From positions 672,001 through 736,000 of the forward strand of contig CAXRHT010000001.1 of assembly GCA_964230645.1 (NCBI GenBank): DNA of 64,000 nucleotides, read 5' to 3'. The translations under genes were made by a program, and so were the position numbers. Shown piece by piece: positions 9,889 through 20,607 of this stretch. This DNA is from Bdellovibrionales bacterium. GTDB lineage: Bacteria > Bdellovibrionota > Bdellovibrionia > Bdellovibrionales > JAGQZY01. The notes under the pieces were generated by a model. That model made no database searches. It worked only from the letters and a program-made list of their open reading frames with translations, and was not told the origin of the DNA. Numbering within the stretch: position 1 is the stretch's first letter; every line of letters begins with the position of its first letter.

Positions 9889-11118
9889 CTAGGGTTTTAC
9901 TGCTTTTCCTTTTATATAGGTTTTTTCGGCCTGATGATTTTCCATCGAGTAGAAGAAGTTTTGCCAGGGTTTTTCTGTGATGAAGAAGTCGGCTTGTTTT
10001 CCTAGGGTGAGTGATCCTCTTTGGTTTTCTAGACCGAGAGCGCAGGCGCCATTGTAGGTGAGTGCTGCGAAGACTTCGGGTAGAGACATTTTCATTTTTA
10101 ATCTTGCAAGAAGACCGACAAAGCTTATGTTCTGAGTGGGACTAGAGCCTGGGTTATGGTCAGTGGCTAGAGCCACTCTTCCGCCTTGATCAATGAGAGC
10201 TCTGGCATCAGGGTAATCGCATTGAAGGTAAAAGTCGGCGGCTGGAAGAAGGACGGCTACTGTTTGAGACTGAGCGAGAGTTTTTTTGCCTTTTTTATCA
10301 AGGCAGATCACATGGTCAGCCGATTGCGCCTTTAACTCGACAGCCAAATCACTACCACCGGTGAGATTGAGTTGATCGGCGTGAATGGTGACCTTAAAGC
10401 CCATTTCTATGGCTGTGTTCAGATAGTCTTTGGCTTTTTCTTTTGAGAAATAATTCTTTTCAACGAAGATATCCACTCGGTCGGCAAGCTTGTTTTTCTT
10501 TATTATTTTTAAGTCTTCTTTGAGAGTTTCAAGGTAGCTTTCCTCATTCATTTCTTTGGGAATGGCGTGCGCCCCTAGGTAAGTGGTAACCACTTGGATA
10601 CCTTTCAGGGCTCTGGCGGCTTTGAGCATTTTTTTTTCGGTCTTTAAATTGAGGCCGTAGCCACTTTTTATTTCAACTGTTGTAACACCTTGTTTGAGAT
10701 GCTCCTTCACCCTTTGTTGAGCGAGTTCGGTGAGCTTTTTCTCACTGGCCTTGCGAGTGGACTCGACTGTAAATAAAATCCCTCCGCCTTTATTGGCGAT
10801 TTCTTGATAGCTGGTTCCCTGATTTCGAAGTTCAAACTCGTGCTTTCTATCGCCAGCGAAAACAAAATGGGTATGGCAATCGATAAATCCCGGAAAGACG
10901 TTTTTCTTTTTTAAGTCTACCTCTTTCAAAGCTTTGTAAGCTTTAGGGATTTTATCATTGTTTCCAATCCAAGAGATTTTACCGTCCTCTACAGCGAAAG
11001 CTTTTTTCTTCACAACACCGAGATCCTCTTTTAAAGGCTTTCGGCCCTGCTTTTGGAGGACTCCTGAGAGAGTCATCAACTCCCCTGCATTTCGAAAGAT
11101 GGTTCCCTTTTTAGCCAA
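9889..11118 (-). CDS. hutI: Imidazolonepropionase
   Basis: PGFIDCHTH, EIKSGYGL, YLGAHA, IHADQL and ATDHNPGSSP motifs. Confidence 0.95.
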   Translation of the reverse strand: MAKKGTIFRNAGELMTLSGVLQKQGRKPLKEDLGVVKKKAFAVEDGKISWIGNNDKIPKAYKALKEVDLKKKNVFPGFIDCHTHFVFAGDRKHEFELRNQGTSYQEIANKGGGILFTVESTRKASEKKLTELAQQRVKEHLKQGVTTVEIKSGYGLNLKTEKKMLKAARALKGIQVVTTYLGAHAIPKEMNEESYLETLKEDLKIIKKNKLADRVDIFVEKNYFSKEKAKDYLNTAIEMGFKVTIHADQLNLTGGSDLAVELKAQSADHVICLDKKGKKTLAQSQTVAVLLPAADFYLQCDYPDARALIDQGGRVALATDHNPGSSPTQNISFVGLLARLKMKMSLPEVFAALTYNGACALGLENQRGSLTLGKQADFFITEKPWQNFFYSMENHQAEKTYIKGKAVKP

Positions 11119-11305
11119 TGCGCCTCCCCCATTTGTGTACGATCTTTAAAATTTAATCGGATGAGGCCTTTTTAATTACTTTAAATGATTCATTTTTTCA
11201 TCTCTCGGGAAATGACGCACCTTTCCTCGTTGCTCACCCCTCAGAAGTCGCCTAAAAAAGGCCATGGAAGTAGAGAGGTCATTACTTAATCTGGGGGGAT
11301 TATAT

Positions 11306-12472
11306 ATGAAAAACCACATCCGTTTCTCACGTCTATTTTTGCTTTTAGGTCTGTCATTTCTAATCACCCACTGTGGGTCTTCAGAATCAGAGGATAACAC
11401 CAACAAACGCTTAGGCTTTGGCCCCACCGCTTATGATATTGGTGACTGCAGCCAATCCCCTCTTGATGGACGAGACTACGAAACCATTAACTTCCAAGGG
11501 GCTACGCAAGCAACAGGCTATTTTAATAAGAGTTTTACAGCCACAGCTTTTAACGAGGCCCTCACTACCAATAGTTACTCGATTGTCGATGCTCTTTATT
11601 TTAATCAAAATGTGAATGTCTACCGCATCCCCGACAGCCGCCAAGGCCGCTGCCAGTATTTTGATTTTATTTTTGAAGCCCCTTTAGCTTTTGAACAGAA
11701 GTGGAATGAAGTGCAAGGTCAATCCCCCACAGGAGGAAGACTTCTTGGGCTTTTCTCGACAATCTATGAAAAGAATACGGCCTCCCTCCAGGTTCAACTC
11801 ACCCAACCCACAATTCTTCTTCGTGGCGATACTGAAAAATGGACCCTTATTCACGAAATGACTCACTACCTTTTTGCTAAAAACAGAGCCACCCAACTTG
11901 ATATGCCCTTTCCACGGGATCTTCAAATGCAGGCGCTACAGTTTAAACAACAGGCTAGAGAGGCGAAGGAAAAATTTGATAACAGACCTCGCCCCCGTTT
12001 AGCCCAAGAGCTCGTACAAGCTCACCAGAGTTATTGGCAGGCGAACCTAAGCCTTGATGAACAAACAGCGCTTGAAGAGTTTACTATTGAATCCTTATTG
12101 GTAGAAAAACTTCGGGCTGGAGAGATCACTGGAGTGAATCCAAGTCTTAATATGCAGCAGGCTTACTTTTACATGAGTTTTAGTGCGCGTGAAGTGACAA
12201 GGTCCTATCGAAGGTTTCTTCAGGAGCTTGAAACATTAGATCTTAGTAACTTTCCAGGAGCCAATAGAAAGTTAACCAGCCTAAAAAGAGAGATCCGTCA
12301 GACTCTTCGATTTATTCAGGAAAAGTTAGAGCTCGTCACCCCCACTCATCAACCCTTTATTTCCTCTGCAAGCTTTACGGAGGAGGAAGAAAGCTTTGAG
12401 CCTGACCTTTATTTTCACTATGACATTGAGGCTTTTAGAAAGCGTCACGAACTCATGAGAAATTGGGACTGA
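11306..12472 (+). CDS. Lipoprotein with HEXXH zinc-metallopeptidase motif
   Basis: Lipobox-like LITHC; LIHEMTHY; downstream LEE as a possible third ligand. Confidence 0.6.
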   Translation: MKNHIRFSRLFLLLGLSFLITHCGSSESEDNTNKRLGFGPTAYDIGDCSQSPLDGRDYETINFQGATQATGYFNKSFTATAFNEALTTNSYSIVDALYFNQNVNVYRIPDSRQGRCQYFDFIFEAPLAFEQKWNEVQGQSPTGGRLLGLFSTIYEKNTASLQVQLTQPTILLRGDTEKWTLIHEMTHYLFAKNRATQLDMPFPRDLQMQALQFKQQAREAKEKFDNRPRPRLAQELVQAHQSYWQANLSLDEQTALEEFTIESLLVEKLRAGEITGVNPSLNMQQAYFYMSFSAREVTRSYRRFLQELETLDLSNFPGANRKLTSLKREIRQTLRFIQEKLELVTPTHQPFISSASFTEEEESFEPDLYFHYDIEAFRKRHELMRNWD

Positions 12473-12475
12473 TTT

Positions 12476-13936
12476 TTAGGACACTTTCTTAAGATTATAG
12501 AAAGTGCTCGACTCAGAAACAGGCTCAATAAAACCTTGGTCCTCTAAATTTTTAAAAGCCCGGTACCACTGGTGCTGGCTCAGAGGAATAATGCCAAAGG
12601 CATCTTTGGCCCTAAACCGATGGGAAAGGCCGTTCTGGTAAAGAAGATGGGCCAAGAACTGCTCTCTTGATGAGAAAATCATTTCTCGGTGCATTTTAAA
12701 AACACAACCCGGTGTTGGCCTCAGCCGATAGCCCCCGGAGGTTGTTTCAAGTGTGAGGTGCATTTTCTCTTTTTTAATAAGCTGGCCGAGTTGCTCCACC
12801 AAACGATAAACCTTTTTGATACTGGTGTTCGGATCAAAAAGCTCTTCTGGGAAAAGACTATTGAAAATTCTAACAACAGACCAAGGCTGATAGAAGTCAG
12901 CACTTAAAAGCATTAAGAGGCGATGAATGGACTTTCCATAGGAAACTGGCACATCCTTCATCTTGTAAAAATCAAAAGTTTGACTCTCCCCTTGCCAGGG
13001 CCTGCCGTCTTTCCAATCGAAGATGATGGGGAAGGTGGCTTTTCCCCACTGTTTGAGCATATGCTCTCTAAAATGAGGAAATGGAGTTCCAAAAAAGACA
13101 TGGTTCATTTGCTCATGGTTTTCAGTGATGAGAGCCAGTTGCCAGGTGAAGTCTCGAATCACTTCCCACATGCCGTTGTCTCTTGAATTTTTAAAGAAGG
13201 CCTTTACTTCTAAAGACTCCGGGGTGATTTTACCTTGTTTTAATTTGGCTAATAAAAGCCACTTTTCAATAAAGAAGCTTGTCTGAGCCACCTGCTGGCC
13301 GGTTTGCTTTTTGAGTTCTTCAAGTAAACTCGTCGCTTCATCGAGCTTGCCGGTTTTATAGAAAATTTGCCCACGAGTTTCTTTAAGATTTAAAAGAAGG
13401 TGAGGACTGTTTTTTTCACACTCCTCTTCTAACTCCACGAGAAGTTTTAGAGCTCTGTCGTACTCTTGGTTTTCCACTAAGCATACGACCAAATTAATAT
13501 TTCCAACCAGCTTGTCTTTGGTGGCAAGTTCTTCGTGGTTTAAAAACTTTTCAAGCTCACTCTGAGCCTTTTTGTAGTTCCAGTAGTGGATATGGCAGAA
13601 GGCTCGATTAAGATGAGTTTTCGGGTATTCAGGCGCTCTTTCCAAAAGAATCAAAGCTTGGTTGATTAAGCCTAGCTTTCTCACCGAACTGGCGTATTCA
13701 ATCAGGTCGTCATACTCAGGTCTTCCCGCTCCAAAAACATTGGGCTGGAGAATTTTTATGGCAAGTTTTAACTCTCCACTTCTTCTTGCCAGAGATGCCA
13801 TTTGTGCACGATCTTTTTTCGGAATTTTTGAGGCGTCTAATTTTGTGAGTCGCTGTCTGGCCTCTTCGATTTGAAAAGAGTTAATAAGAGCATCGATCTC
13901 TTTGAAAATGTCGGAATAAAGTAGGGCCTCGGACAT
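12476..13936 (-). CDS. TPR-repeat protein with probable C-terminal winged-helix domains (putative regulator)
   Basis: Helical TPR-like N-terminus; C-terminal ...LETTSGGYRL and ...FKNLEDQGFIE... wHTH-like segments. Start uncertain (ORF open to 14014). Confidence 0.55.
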   Translation of the reverse strand: MSEALLYSDIFKEIDALINSFQIEEARQRLTKLDASKIPKKDRAQMASLARRSGELKLAIKILQPNVFGAGRPEYDDLIEYASSVRKLGLINQALILLERAPEYPKTHLNRAFCHIHYWNYKKAQSELEKFLNHEELATKDKLVGNINLVVCLVENQEYDRALKLLVELEEECEKNSPHLLLNLKETRGQIFYKTGKLDEATSLLEELKKQTGQQVAQTSFFIEKWLLLAKLKQGKITPESLEVKAFFKNSRDNGMWEVIRDFTWQLALITENHEQMNHVFFGTPFPHFREHMLKQWGKATFPIIFDWKDGRPWQGESQTFDFYKMKDVPVSYGKSIHRLLMLLSADFYQPWSVVRIFNSLFPEELFDPNTSIKKVYRLVEQLGQLIKKEKMHLTLETTSGGYRLRPTPGCVFKMHREMIFSSREQFLAHLLYQNGLSHRFRAKDAFGIIPLSQHQWYRAFKNLEDQGFIEPVSESSTFYNLKKVS

Positions 13937-14119
13937 ATGTCTTTTTCGGCATTGAGGACCGAAAATCTTAGCAAAAGCCTCGCCTGTCTCAATTTGTGAC
14001 AATACTATAGTCATTCTCTCAGTAACTCATTGGAATATTTTTACAAAACCGGATCTTCATTGCGCTCGTCAGTCTTAAGTTGTTTATATAACTCAAGCAA
14101 AACCTAGAAGGAGACTTTA

Positions 14120-14881
14120 ATGAAACACCTATTTTTCGTTTTCGCTCTTACACTCACTTTTGGAGCCCAGGCTTCGGAGAAAGTGGTCTGTCAGAGTACG
14201 CAAACAAGTTACACCTATGTATTTGATATTACTAATAATACTGTTGATATCACCTCAGCCAATGATTCTTTTTCAGCCAACGCTGAGGTCACATACACGC
14301 CTGGACAAGGAGAAGACATTCTCTACACGATCAGTCAGGGTGAGTATCAAGTGGGTGTGATCAACGGTGAAGAGGGCTTAAGAGCCAATTTTGACCATGG
14401 AATTTTTGAATCAAACCTCATGGACACCGGTCTTGAGTGCGAATCAGTCAGTGATGAAAACCAAGTGATGTGGAATGAGGAAGGAGACAGTTGTGCTGTC
14501 GATGCTTACGTTTTTGAATCCAGCGTGGGCGAGCAAGACTATATTTCTTTAAACATCAACTCCGATGTTTCCAATGGTCACTACCTTATGGATACAAATG
14601 TTTATCAAACCTTGTTCGTTGAGAAAAAAGAAGCACAGTTTGAAACCGACTGGAACTCAATTAAGTATGTCGGTAAAAAAACGGACGGAGGCTATGAAAT
14701 TAAAATCACCAGCAGTCACCTTTTAAACAGAAGGTACAAAAACTTTTTGGAATCTAGCTACACTTTCACTTTTAATCAAAATGGCAGCATTGCTTCCATT
14801 GCCATTAAAACTCACGAAAAGTGGCCTTTTCCTAGTAATATTATCTTTAATGACAAAGAATCATTAACCTGTCAGTTCTAA
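14120..14881 (+). CDS. Secreted hypothetical protein
   Basis: AGGAG RBS; signal peptide ending AQA; beta-rich two-domain pattern with paired cysteines. Confidence 0.7.
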   Translation: MKHLFFVFALTLTFGAQASEKVVCQSTQTSYTYVFDITNNTVDITSANDSFSANAEVTYTPGQGEDILYTISQGEYQVGVINGEEGLRANFDHGIFESNLMDTGLECESVSDENQVMWNEEGDSCAVDAYVFESSVGEQDYISLNINSDVSNGHYLMDTNVYQTLFVEKKEAQFETDWNSIKYVGKKTDGGYEIKITSSHLLNRRYKNFLESSYTFTFNQNGSIASIAIKTHEKWPFPSNIIFNDKESLTCQF

Positions 14882-14902
14882 TTTTTTAAGAACAGAACAT
14901 AT

Positions 14903-14932
14903 AAGCCTTTCGCTTTGAGAAAGGCTTTTTTT
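14903..14932 (+). terminator. Intrinsic terminator
   Basis: AAGCCTTTC...GAAAGGCTT followed by a T run. Confidence 0.7.
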
Positions 14933-14946
14933 ATGCCTTTAAAAGA

Positions 14947-16245
14947 TTAAGGCTTCAAACGAAGAAATAAAGTGGTGCCCTGAGGGGATGTTTGAACATC
15001 AAGACTCCCTCCCCACACCTCTAGACTCCTCTTAGCGTGAGCTAAACCCATTCCTGATCCGGAATCTTTGCCATAAGTAAAACCCTGGTCAAAAATCTGA
15101 GGAAGGACCTGTTCTGGGATCCCAGGGCCATTGTCTGAAATTTTGATAAGATATTCCGAGGTTTCTTTTTCGAGCACTACCTTGATTCTGGCCTTCTCCT
15201 CGTTCACAGCTTCAATTCCATTATTAATAATATTTGAGATCACACGTGTGAACTCCTTTGCATCTAACAACAAAGGGGCTTGGGGGATATTCGCCACGAA
15301 GTCGATAATCACCGATCGATTTTTATACTCCATGGTTTTCTCATCGATGATTGAGCCGAGTAGTTTTACCAAATCGATGTTTTCAACCTTTGAAGTTGTT
15401 ACGAAATCGTCTGGATCTTTCACTTTTAAGTCTTCAGCGATCGTCTTAATACGCTCGGCCGCCCGTTCGATCAAACTTTTATGTTTTTCAGTTCCTGCTG
15501 GCAGAGAAGATACGGCCATCTTTAAAGCCCCTAGAGGAGACTGGATATCGTGGTTTACCTGCCGACTCAAACGATTCAAAGCTTTGAGAACTTCGAAGTC
15601 TTTGAGCTTTGTTTGTTGCAAAGAGATTTCAGAGAGTAGCTGGGTGAGGGTGTTTTTGAAATCCTCTGTTTCTTTAAAACGGGTCCCCTGCGAATAGTGC
15701 TTAAAATCAATTTCATCCAAGGACTTTATTTCTTCGAAACGAAGATCTTGACTCAAAGCCTCGACAGGTCTTGAAAAATAGACGGCTGTTGAGACAAGAA
15801 CTTTTCTCATTAATAAAAAGAAGAGAAGACTGATCAGTAAAGAAAGCGCCAAGGCATTAACTAAAAAGAAATAAGAAATACTGTAAGCATACGAGAGATG
15901 CCAAGGGCTATCAGAATTCGATCCCAATACAAAATGGTCTTGCACACGAATTCCGGAGGACTTAAGCGTAAAGCTCCCCTCAAAGGAGTCTTTAGGGGCG
16001 TTATCGGAGGGATAAAAGCTGATCCACTCCTGGTCTGCGGAATTTCTAATTCCAGCCTCAGTCACGATTTCAGAATCCACAAAAGCGACAACGTATTTGG
16101 TAATAAAAAACAGATCCCCAATTTTTAGGGAATTCACCAAAAAGTCTTTATCAACCTCGAGCTTTTTTTCGATGGCATAGCGCTTCTGTTGGAACTGGAA
16201 GCTGAAGAAAAGAAGGGATAAAATCAAAAAGGCAAACACACTCAT
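14947..16245 (-). CDS. Membrane sensor histidine kinase
   Basis: Two TM segments; H-box NHDIQSPL, N-box NIINNGIEA, DNGPG and GSGMGL. Confidence 0.9.
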   Translation of the reverse strand: MSVFAFLILSLLFFSFQFQQKRYAIEKKLEVDKDFLVNSLKIGDLFFITKYVVAFVDSEIVTEAGIRNSADQEWISFYPSDNAPKDSFEGSFTLKSSGIRVQDHFVLGSNSDSPWHLSYAYSISYFFLVNALALSLLISLLFFLLMRKVLVSTAVYFSRPVEALSQDLRFEEIKSLDEIDFKHYSQGTRFKETEDFKNTLTQLLSEISLQQTKLKDFEVLKALNRLSRQVNHDIQSPLGALKMAVSSLPAGTEKHKSLIERAAERIKTIAEDLKVKDPDDFVTTSKVENIDLVKLLGSIIDEKTMEYKNRSVIIDFVANIPQAPLLLDAKEFTRVISNIINNGIEAVNEEKARIKVVLEKETSEYLIKISDNGPGIPEQVLPQIFDQGFTYGKDSGSGMGLAHAKRSLEVWGGSLDVQTSPQGTTLFLRLKP

Positions 16246-16326
16246 CTTTATTGATAAGTTGAAGGTTTTTGAATGAGCCTCTTTTATGATCGACTTTTGA
16301 ATAAGCCCTTCCCTTTTTAATTGTCT

Positions 16327-18576
16327 TTAAATTTGGGTCATTCGAGTCACACCCAAGATCCCCTTGATCTTTGATAAATTTTGAATGGCTTTGGTGAGCT
16401 GTGAGGTGTCCTTTACGGCCACATCAAACATACAAACGGCCTTCTTATCTTTAGTGGTCCTGATTTGAGCGTTAAAGATATTGATGCCAAGGCTGGCAAA
16501 GGCTTCACTCATCAAACGCAGTAAGCCGGGAATATCTTGGGCTACCACTCGGACTCTGACGATTCTCTCCGTTCCTTCAGGCGCTGATTTTACCGTCCAC
16601 TCCACATCCACTTCACGGTTATTATCAATGGCAAAAATTTTCTCGCAATCAGCTTTATGAATCGTTATTCCGCGACCTCTTGAAATGAAACCTTTAATGG
16701 GGTCTCCAGGAATCGGAGAGCAGCACTTGGCAAACCGCACCAAGATATCATCCATGCCATCAACTGTAATAATAGACCGGGCTTTCTTTTTTCTCTGAAC
16801 AGCCGACTTATAGGCTTTTGTTAAAAAGCTTTCCTCCGCTTTTTTCTCATCTATAGTCTTAGCTTCAGGCTCAAGAGCTCGAACAATATGTTTAGGTAAA
16901 ATTTTTCCGTATCCCACCCGGACATAAAGGTCCTCAACGTCGTTAGCTCCTGACTTTCGAAGCTCATCGTTTTCCATGATAACATTGTCATTTAAAGCCT
17001 TATTGACGCTCATACCGTATTTTCTGAACTCTTTTTCCAGGAGATCCGCACCAATTTCTCTGGCGCGTTTTCTTTCCTCTTCTTGTACAAAAGCTCTAAT
17101 TCTTGATTTCGCTTTTGATGTCACGCAGTACTTGAGCCAATCTTTTGAGGGCGTTTTATTTTTTGCGGTTAAAACCTCTATGGTGTCTCCACTTTTCATG
17201 CGTGTACGCAGTGGAACCATTTTTCCATTGATCCTAGCAGCCACACAAGAATTCCCAACATCCGTATGAATGGAGTAGGCAAAATCAATAGGAGTGGCTC
17301 CCTCACGAAATTCACGCACTTCCCCTTTTGGGGTAAAAACATAAATATGGGAATCAAAAAGGTCTGTTTTTACGTTTTCAAGAAACTCGCCCGAGCTTCC
17401 CGCTTGTTGATGAAGGCTCACTAGTTCTTGTAGCCACTCCATCTGCTCTTCGAGCTTAATATCGACTTTTCCAGAGTTTTTATACTTCCAATGGGCTGCG
17501 ATCCCCTGCTCAGCCACAAGATGCATTTCCTGGGTGCGAATCTGAATTTCAATTCTTTCCGCTCCCGGACCAATCACTGTGGTGTGAAGACTTTGATAAT
17601 TGTTGGCTTTAGGAATGGCGATGTAATCTTTAAATCGACCAGGAATCGGCTTCCAAAGGGTATGGATATGACCTAAAACTTCATAACACTGGGGAATGGT
17701 GTCGACCAATACTCTAAAAGCGAGAATGTCGTAAACCTGTTCGTAATCAAGATTAGAAGCCGCCATTTTTTTATAAATCGAATAAAAGTGCTTTGGTCTT
17801 CCTTGAATATCAATGGCCCCACGAAAGCGTCCGCCAAGTTCATTGTCGAGAACTTTTTTAACCTCTTCAATGTACTTCTCTCTTTCTTTTTTCTTTTTGG
17901 CGACCTTTTGAACCAGTTCGTAATAAAAGTCCGGTTGAGTGTAGCGAAAACTTAAGTCTTCAAGCTCTACCTTAATAGAGCTAATCCCAAGACGACTCGC
18001 CAGAGGCGCATAGATGTCGAGAGTTTCTTGTCCAATACGAATTTGTTTTTCGTATTTCATATGATTAAGAGTGCGCATATTGTGAAGACGATCGGCAAGC
18101 TTTACTAAAATCACCCGAACATCTTTTCCCATTGCGACGATCATTTTACGAACGTTTTCACTTTGTTTTTCATGGGTGTTTCTAAAACTCAATTGCGTGA
18201 TTTTCGTGACCCCATCAACAAGTTCAGCCACAACAGAGCCAAAGTTTTTCTCAATATCTTCAAGAGTCACATCTGTGTCCTCCACCGTATCGTGAAGAAG
18301 TCCTGTCATAATACTCGGAAGGTCTAGTTTTAATTCCGCCAAAATTTCAGAAACACCCACGGGGTGAGAAATATAGGGTTCACCACTGCGACGGAACTGG
18401 CCCTCATGGGCTTTTTTTGAGAATAAAAAGGCTTTTTGAATGAGACCGATATCGGCCTTTGAATAGTACTCTAGAATTTTCTCGCACAGTGGCTTAACTT
18501 CCAAACACTCCTCTGGAAAGTCCGCCAAAGTTGCTTTATCCACTTTGCTCTCAGACATAAAAGTCTTTGTCTCCAT
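16327..18576 (-). CDS. spoT: Bifunctional (p)ppGpp synthetase/hydrolase (long RSH)
   Basis: Intact HD hydrolase motif LHDTVED; RFKDYIA, YQSLHTT, GIAAHW; TGS and ACT domains. Confidence 0.95.
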   Translation of the reverse strand: METKTFMSESKVDKATLADFPEECLEVKPLCEKILEYYSKADIGLIQKAFLFSKKAHEGQFRRSGEPYISHPVGVSEILAELKLDLPSIMTGLLHDTVEDTDVTLEDIEKNFGSVVAELVDGVTKITQLSFRNTHEKQSENVRKMIVAMGKDVRVILVKLADRLHNMRTLNHMKYEKQIRIGQETLDIYAPLASRLGISSIKVELEDLSFRYTQPDFYYELVQKVAKKKKEREKYIEEVKKVLDNELGGRFRGAIDIQGRPKHFYSIYKKMAASNLDYEQVYDILAFRVLVDTIPQCYEVLGHIHTLWKPIPGRFKDYIAIPKANNYQSLHTTVIGPGAERIEIQIRTQEMHLVAEQGIAAHWKYKNSGKVDIKLEEQMEWLQELVSLHQQAGSSGEFLENVKTDLFDSHIYVFTPKGEVREFREGATPIDFAYSIHTDVGNSCVAARINGKMVPLRTRMKSGDTIEVLTAKNKTPSKDWLKYCVTSKAKSRIRAFVQEEERKRAREIGADLLEKEFRKYGMSVNKALNDNVIMENDELRKSGANDVEDLYVRVGYGKILPKHIVRALEPEAKTIDEKKAEESFLTKAYKSAVQRKKKARSIITVDGMDDILVRFAKCCSPIPGDPIKGFISRGRGITIHKADCEKIFAIDNNREVDVEWTVKSAPEGTERIVRVRVVAQDIPGLLRLMSEAFASLGINIFNAQIRTTKDKKAVCMFDVAVKDTSQLTKAIQNLSKIKGILGVTRMTQI

Positions 18577-18851
18577 TCCTCAACCGACATTCAAATACGA
18601 ATGCGGGTCGACGATTATCCAATAAAAACCCTTAGTGGGTTTTACTGACTTTTGCCAATACTATTTTATCGGAAAATCGCAGAAATTGTTGAGAAATCCT
18701 GCTTCTTTTTTGCACTTAGATACTGCTTAAAGGAGGAATCAGAGGAAATTTCTGGAAACAAGGGAGGTTTTAATAGTAAGAAGTCACTTTTAACCTGGAC
18801 CAAGCTTTAGGTTTAAAGCCCCCAAGTGCTTGGTCTTCGCCTTAAAAAGCT

Positions 18852-19097
18852 TTAGTGGAGGTTGTCTCTTTCGCGATTGAGATCCTCTTCCACACGGGAA
18901 ATATCAGTCTCAGAATCAAATTTAACCAAGCCGGCTGCCACTTCTCTGAGGGAAGTCACAACATATTTGTTCTTCACTTTGGAAATTACAGGCTGATCTC
19001 CTTTAAGGAGTTGTTTGGCTCTTTTAGATACCAAATGAACCAATGCAAATCGGTTATCCACTCTTTTTAGACAATCTTCTACGGTCACTCGTGCCAT
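18852..19097 (-). CDS. rpoZ: RNA polymerase omega subunit
   Basis: [10 protein letters not shown] and NRFALV..KRAKQL; located between gmk and spoT. Confidence 0.97.
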   Translation of the reverse strand: MARVTVEDCLKRVDNRFALVHLVSKRAKQLLKGDQPVISKVKNKYVVTSLREVAAGLVKFDSETDISRVEEDLNRERDNLH

Positions 19098-19120
19098 AAT
19101 TCACCTCTCAGGTCGTTAAA

Positions 19121-19687
19121 CTATTCAAATGACAGCAATTCTTCAAGAATTTTCTTAAAGCGTGCATAAGATTCCTCAAAATCGTCGTTCACCACCTGGT
19201 AGTCAAACTGATGGGCCTTCTCGATTTCAAGTTTGGCGTTTTCCAATCTCAGCTCTAAATTATCGGGCGCTTTCTTATCTCTTGAAAGAATTCGCCGCTT
19301 TAGCTCCTCAATGGATGGTGGCAGGATAAAAAGGCTGATAGCATCGGCGTAGATTTTGGTAAATTTCTCCACCCCCTGAACGTCGATATCCATAATGGCC
19401 ACTCTTCCCTCAGCCCAGGCGTCTCCCAGGCTTTGGTGCGATGTCCCATAAAGGGAGTCGTGCACTGGAGACCATTCCACAAAGAATCCTTGATCAATTT
19501 TTTTCTCAAAGTCTTCTCTGGTTATGAAGTGATAAGGGTCCCCCTGAACCTCGCCGTGGCGCATGGACCTTGTGGTGTAGGTGATGATATCTTTAAGCAC
19601 AGGAAAGTCCCGCATGGCTCTTTCCATGAAACTGTTTTTTCCTGCTCCGCTGGGAGCTGCAATAAGAATCATGCGGATCTTATTCAT
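19121..19687 (-). CDS. gmk: Guanylate kinase
   Basis: APSGAGK P-loop, TTR, DIDVQG and FILPPS. Confidence 0.96.
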   Translation of the reverse strand: MNKIRMILIAAPSGAGKNSFMERAMRDFPVLKDIITYTTRSMRHGEVQGDPYHFITREDFEKKIDQGFFVEWSPVHDSLYGTSHQSLGDAWAEGRVAIMDIDVQGVEKFTKIYADAISLFILPPSIEELKRRILSRDKKAPDNLELRLENAKLEIEKAHQFDYQVVNDDFEESYARFKKILEELLSFE

Positions 19688-20556
19688 TCGACGTTTTGAA
19701 CCTGCTCTCTGTATTTTTCAATGGCTCCTTTGGCCTCAACAACAAATTGGGTCAGTTCCGAGGTCGTGCTTTTTGAACCAATGGTGTTCACTTCCCTTAA
19801 AAGCTCTTGGGCATAAAAATCAAGTTTCTTGCCGATACTCCCGTCAGAGTTGATGAGATCACTTAAAGCCTCAAGGTGAGCTTTGAGTCTTTGGATCTCT
19901 TCACTAATGTCACTTTTATCAATAAGGATGACCACCTCTTGCGCCATTCGCTGCTCGTCCACCTCACCGGGTATATTGAGTTTTTCAAGGCGTTGTTGGT
20001 ATTTTTTCTGCAAGTCTTTAGCCGTTTGTCCTCTGAGTTTTTCAATTTTCACTGAGAGTTTCTTCAGAAGATCGATATGCTTTTTAAGATCTTTTTGAAC
20101 ACTGGCTCCCTCGTCTTCGCGCACTTTGGCACAAGACTCAGCGGCTTTAAGAACAGTTTCAAAAAACACCTTTTTTTCTTTGGGAGTAATGGAACCCGCT
20201 TCTTCCACTTTGATAAGCTCTGGGCCTTGCAGAAGAATATCAGCACTTTGACTAGGTTCAAGACCTAATTTTTTAGCCATGGATTGAAAACCATCGAGCC
20301 ATTTTTTGGCGAGCTTTTCATTGAAGAGAAGAGTTTCCGAACCATTAAAGACTTTGCGATTGACGTAAACATCGAGTGTGCCGCGCTTAAAATATTTTGA
20401 TAATTTCTTACGAATTTCTGATTCATAAGCGTTATAAATCTTGGGACCATGAACTTTGATCTCCAAATAACGCCCATTCACCGCTTTCACCGAAACATCG
20501 AGAAGAAACTCCGAGGACTGGCTTGCGGCCTTTCCAAAACCTGTCATGCTTTTCAT
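19684..20556 (-). CDS. yicC: YicC/YloC family endoribonuclease
   Basis: MKSMTGFG, GKKLDF, REVNTIGSK and C-terminal REQVQNVE. Confidence 0.95.
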   Translation of the reverse strand: MKSMTGFGKAASQSSEFLLDVSVKAVNGRYLEIKVHGPKIYNAYESEIRKKLSKYFKRGTLDVYVNRKVFNGSETLLFNEKLAKKWLDGFQSMAKKLGLEPSQSADILLQGPELIKVEEAGSITPKEKKVFFETVLKAAESCAKVREDEGASVQKDLKKHIDLLKKLSVKIEKLRGQTAKDLQKKYQQRLEKLNIPGEVDEQRMAQEVVILIDKSDISEEIQRLKAHLEALSDLINSDGSIGKKLDFYAQELLREVNTIGSKSTTSELTQFVVEAKGAIEKYREQVQNVE

Positions 20557-20607
20557 TCTCCCATCATACGCGGAAGTGAAAAACAGTCAATAATTTCAAT
20601 ACCTTTT

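Noticed and set aside
16246..16329. Stop-codon readthrough fusing spoT to the downstream histidine kinase (the 81-nt spacer is in frame and stop-free)
   Set aside because: The stop is TAA and SpoT is complete with its ACT domain; a short open spacer arises easily by chance or reflects an upstream non-ATG start of the kinase.
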